Below, piece by piece: positions 26,544 through 26,790 of a stretch of 26,790 nucleotides of DNA. Origin of the DNA: a virus (Duplodnaviria; Caudoviricetes); IMG/VR virus record IMGVR_UViG_3300031519_000179, positions 1-26,790 of that record; one strand, 5' to 3'. The notes below the pieces were generated by a model, which saw nothing but the letters and a program-made list of their open reading frames with translations, made no database searches and had not been told where the DNA came from. Position 1 is the stretch's first letter, and the number at the start of each line of letters is the position of its first letter. Position numbers and translations under genes: made by a program.

Positions 26544-26790
26544 ATGACAAAAATTGCAGATCTTGGAAGTATTTCCGGTGATAAAACAGACTCCAGGGAT
26601 CTTTTTGTTACAGTTAACTTAGCTCAAGGTGATAACGGCACGAAAAACATCACGAGGGCAGAGCTAACCCAAGCACTTCAAAAAGAAACTTTTGATGATA
26701 TTAAGATTTCAGGCGGGGCTATAAGTGACACGCTAATCAATGATCCAAATATAACAATTGCTAATTCGTTAACCGACGATGTAGATGGTA
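26544..26790 (+). CDS. Partial CDS running off the window, probable virion structural / fibre protein
   Basis: Open from ATG 26544 to the window end: MTKIADLGSISGDKTDSRDLFVTVNLAQGDNGTKNITRAELTQALQKETF...; late promoter and AAGG SD upstream. Confidence 0.7.
   Translation, partial: MTKIADLGSISGDKTDSRDLFVTVNLAQGDNGTKNITRAELTQALQKETFDDIKISGGAISDTLINDPNITIANSLTDDVDG

Noticed and set aside
1-26790. tRNA, CRISPR array, intron, intein or diversity-generating retroelement
   Set aside because: Intergenic gaps are short, conserved genes show no intein or intron-like interruptions, and no reverse transcriptase or template/variable repeat pair was seen by eye.

Overview
This window is not bacterial chromosome. 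It is the baseplate/tail morphogenesis module of a T4-superfamily myovirus with the cyanomyophage/alphaproteobacterial-phage type of gene order. From left to right: a small Met-rich ORF and an IbpA-like hsp20 (+), a shared terminator, a minus-strand late block (gp4, gp2, gp54-like tube initiator, gp26-like, unlisted 56-aa gp51-like ORF, tape-measure-like gene), then a long plus-strand late block (gp48, split gp53, putative hub, gp5, M15-peptidase protein, gp25, gp6, gp7, gp8, VrlC/DUF4815, unlisted 58-aa ORF, S74-chaperone fibre, Gly-rich gp38-like adhesin, hypothetical, partial structural gene). Eight exact T4 late-promoter boxes (TATAAATA) were found by eye upstream of genes. Best leads: (1) a candidate lambda G/GT-type -1 ribosomal frameshift (T TTT TTT with GGAGG 10 nt upstream) fusing the gp26-like and gp51-like ORFs directly upstream of the tape measure gene; (2) a ROSE-type RNA thermometer in the hsp20 leader; (3) a gp5 spike with a C-terminal RNNNPGNI cargo domain next to an M15 peptidase fusion, with no PAAR gene in view; (4) gp53 split into two ORFs. 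All family assignments are from motif recognition and synteny; no database searches or folding calculations were run.
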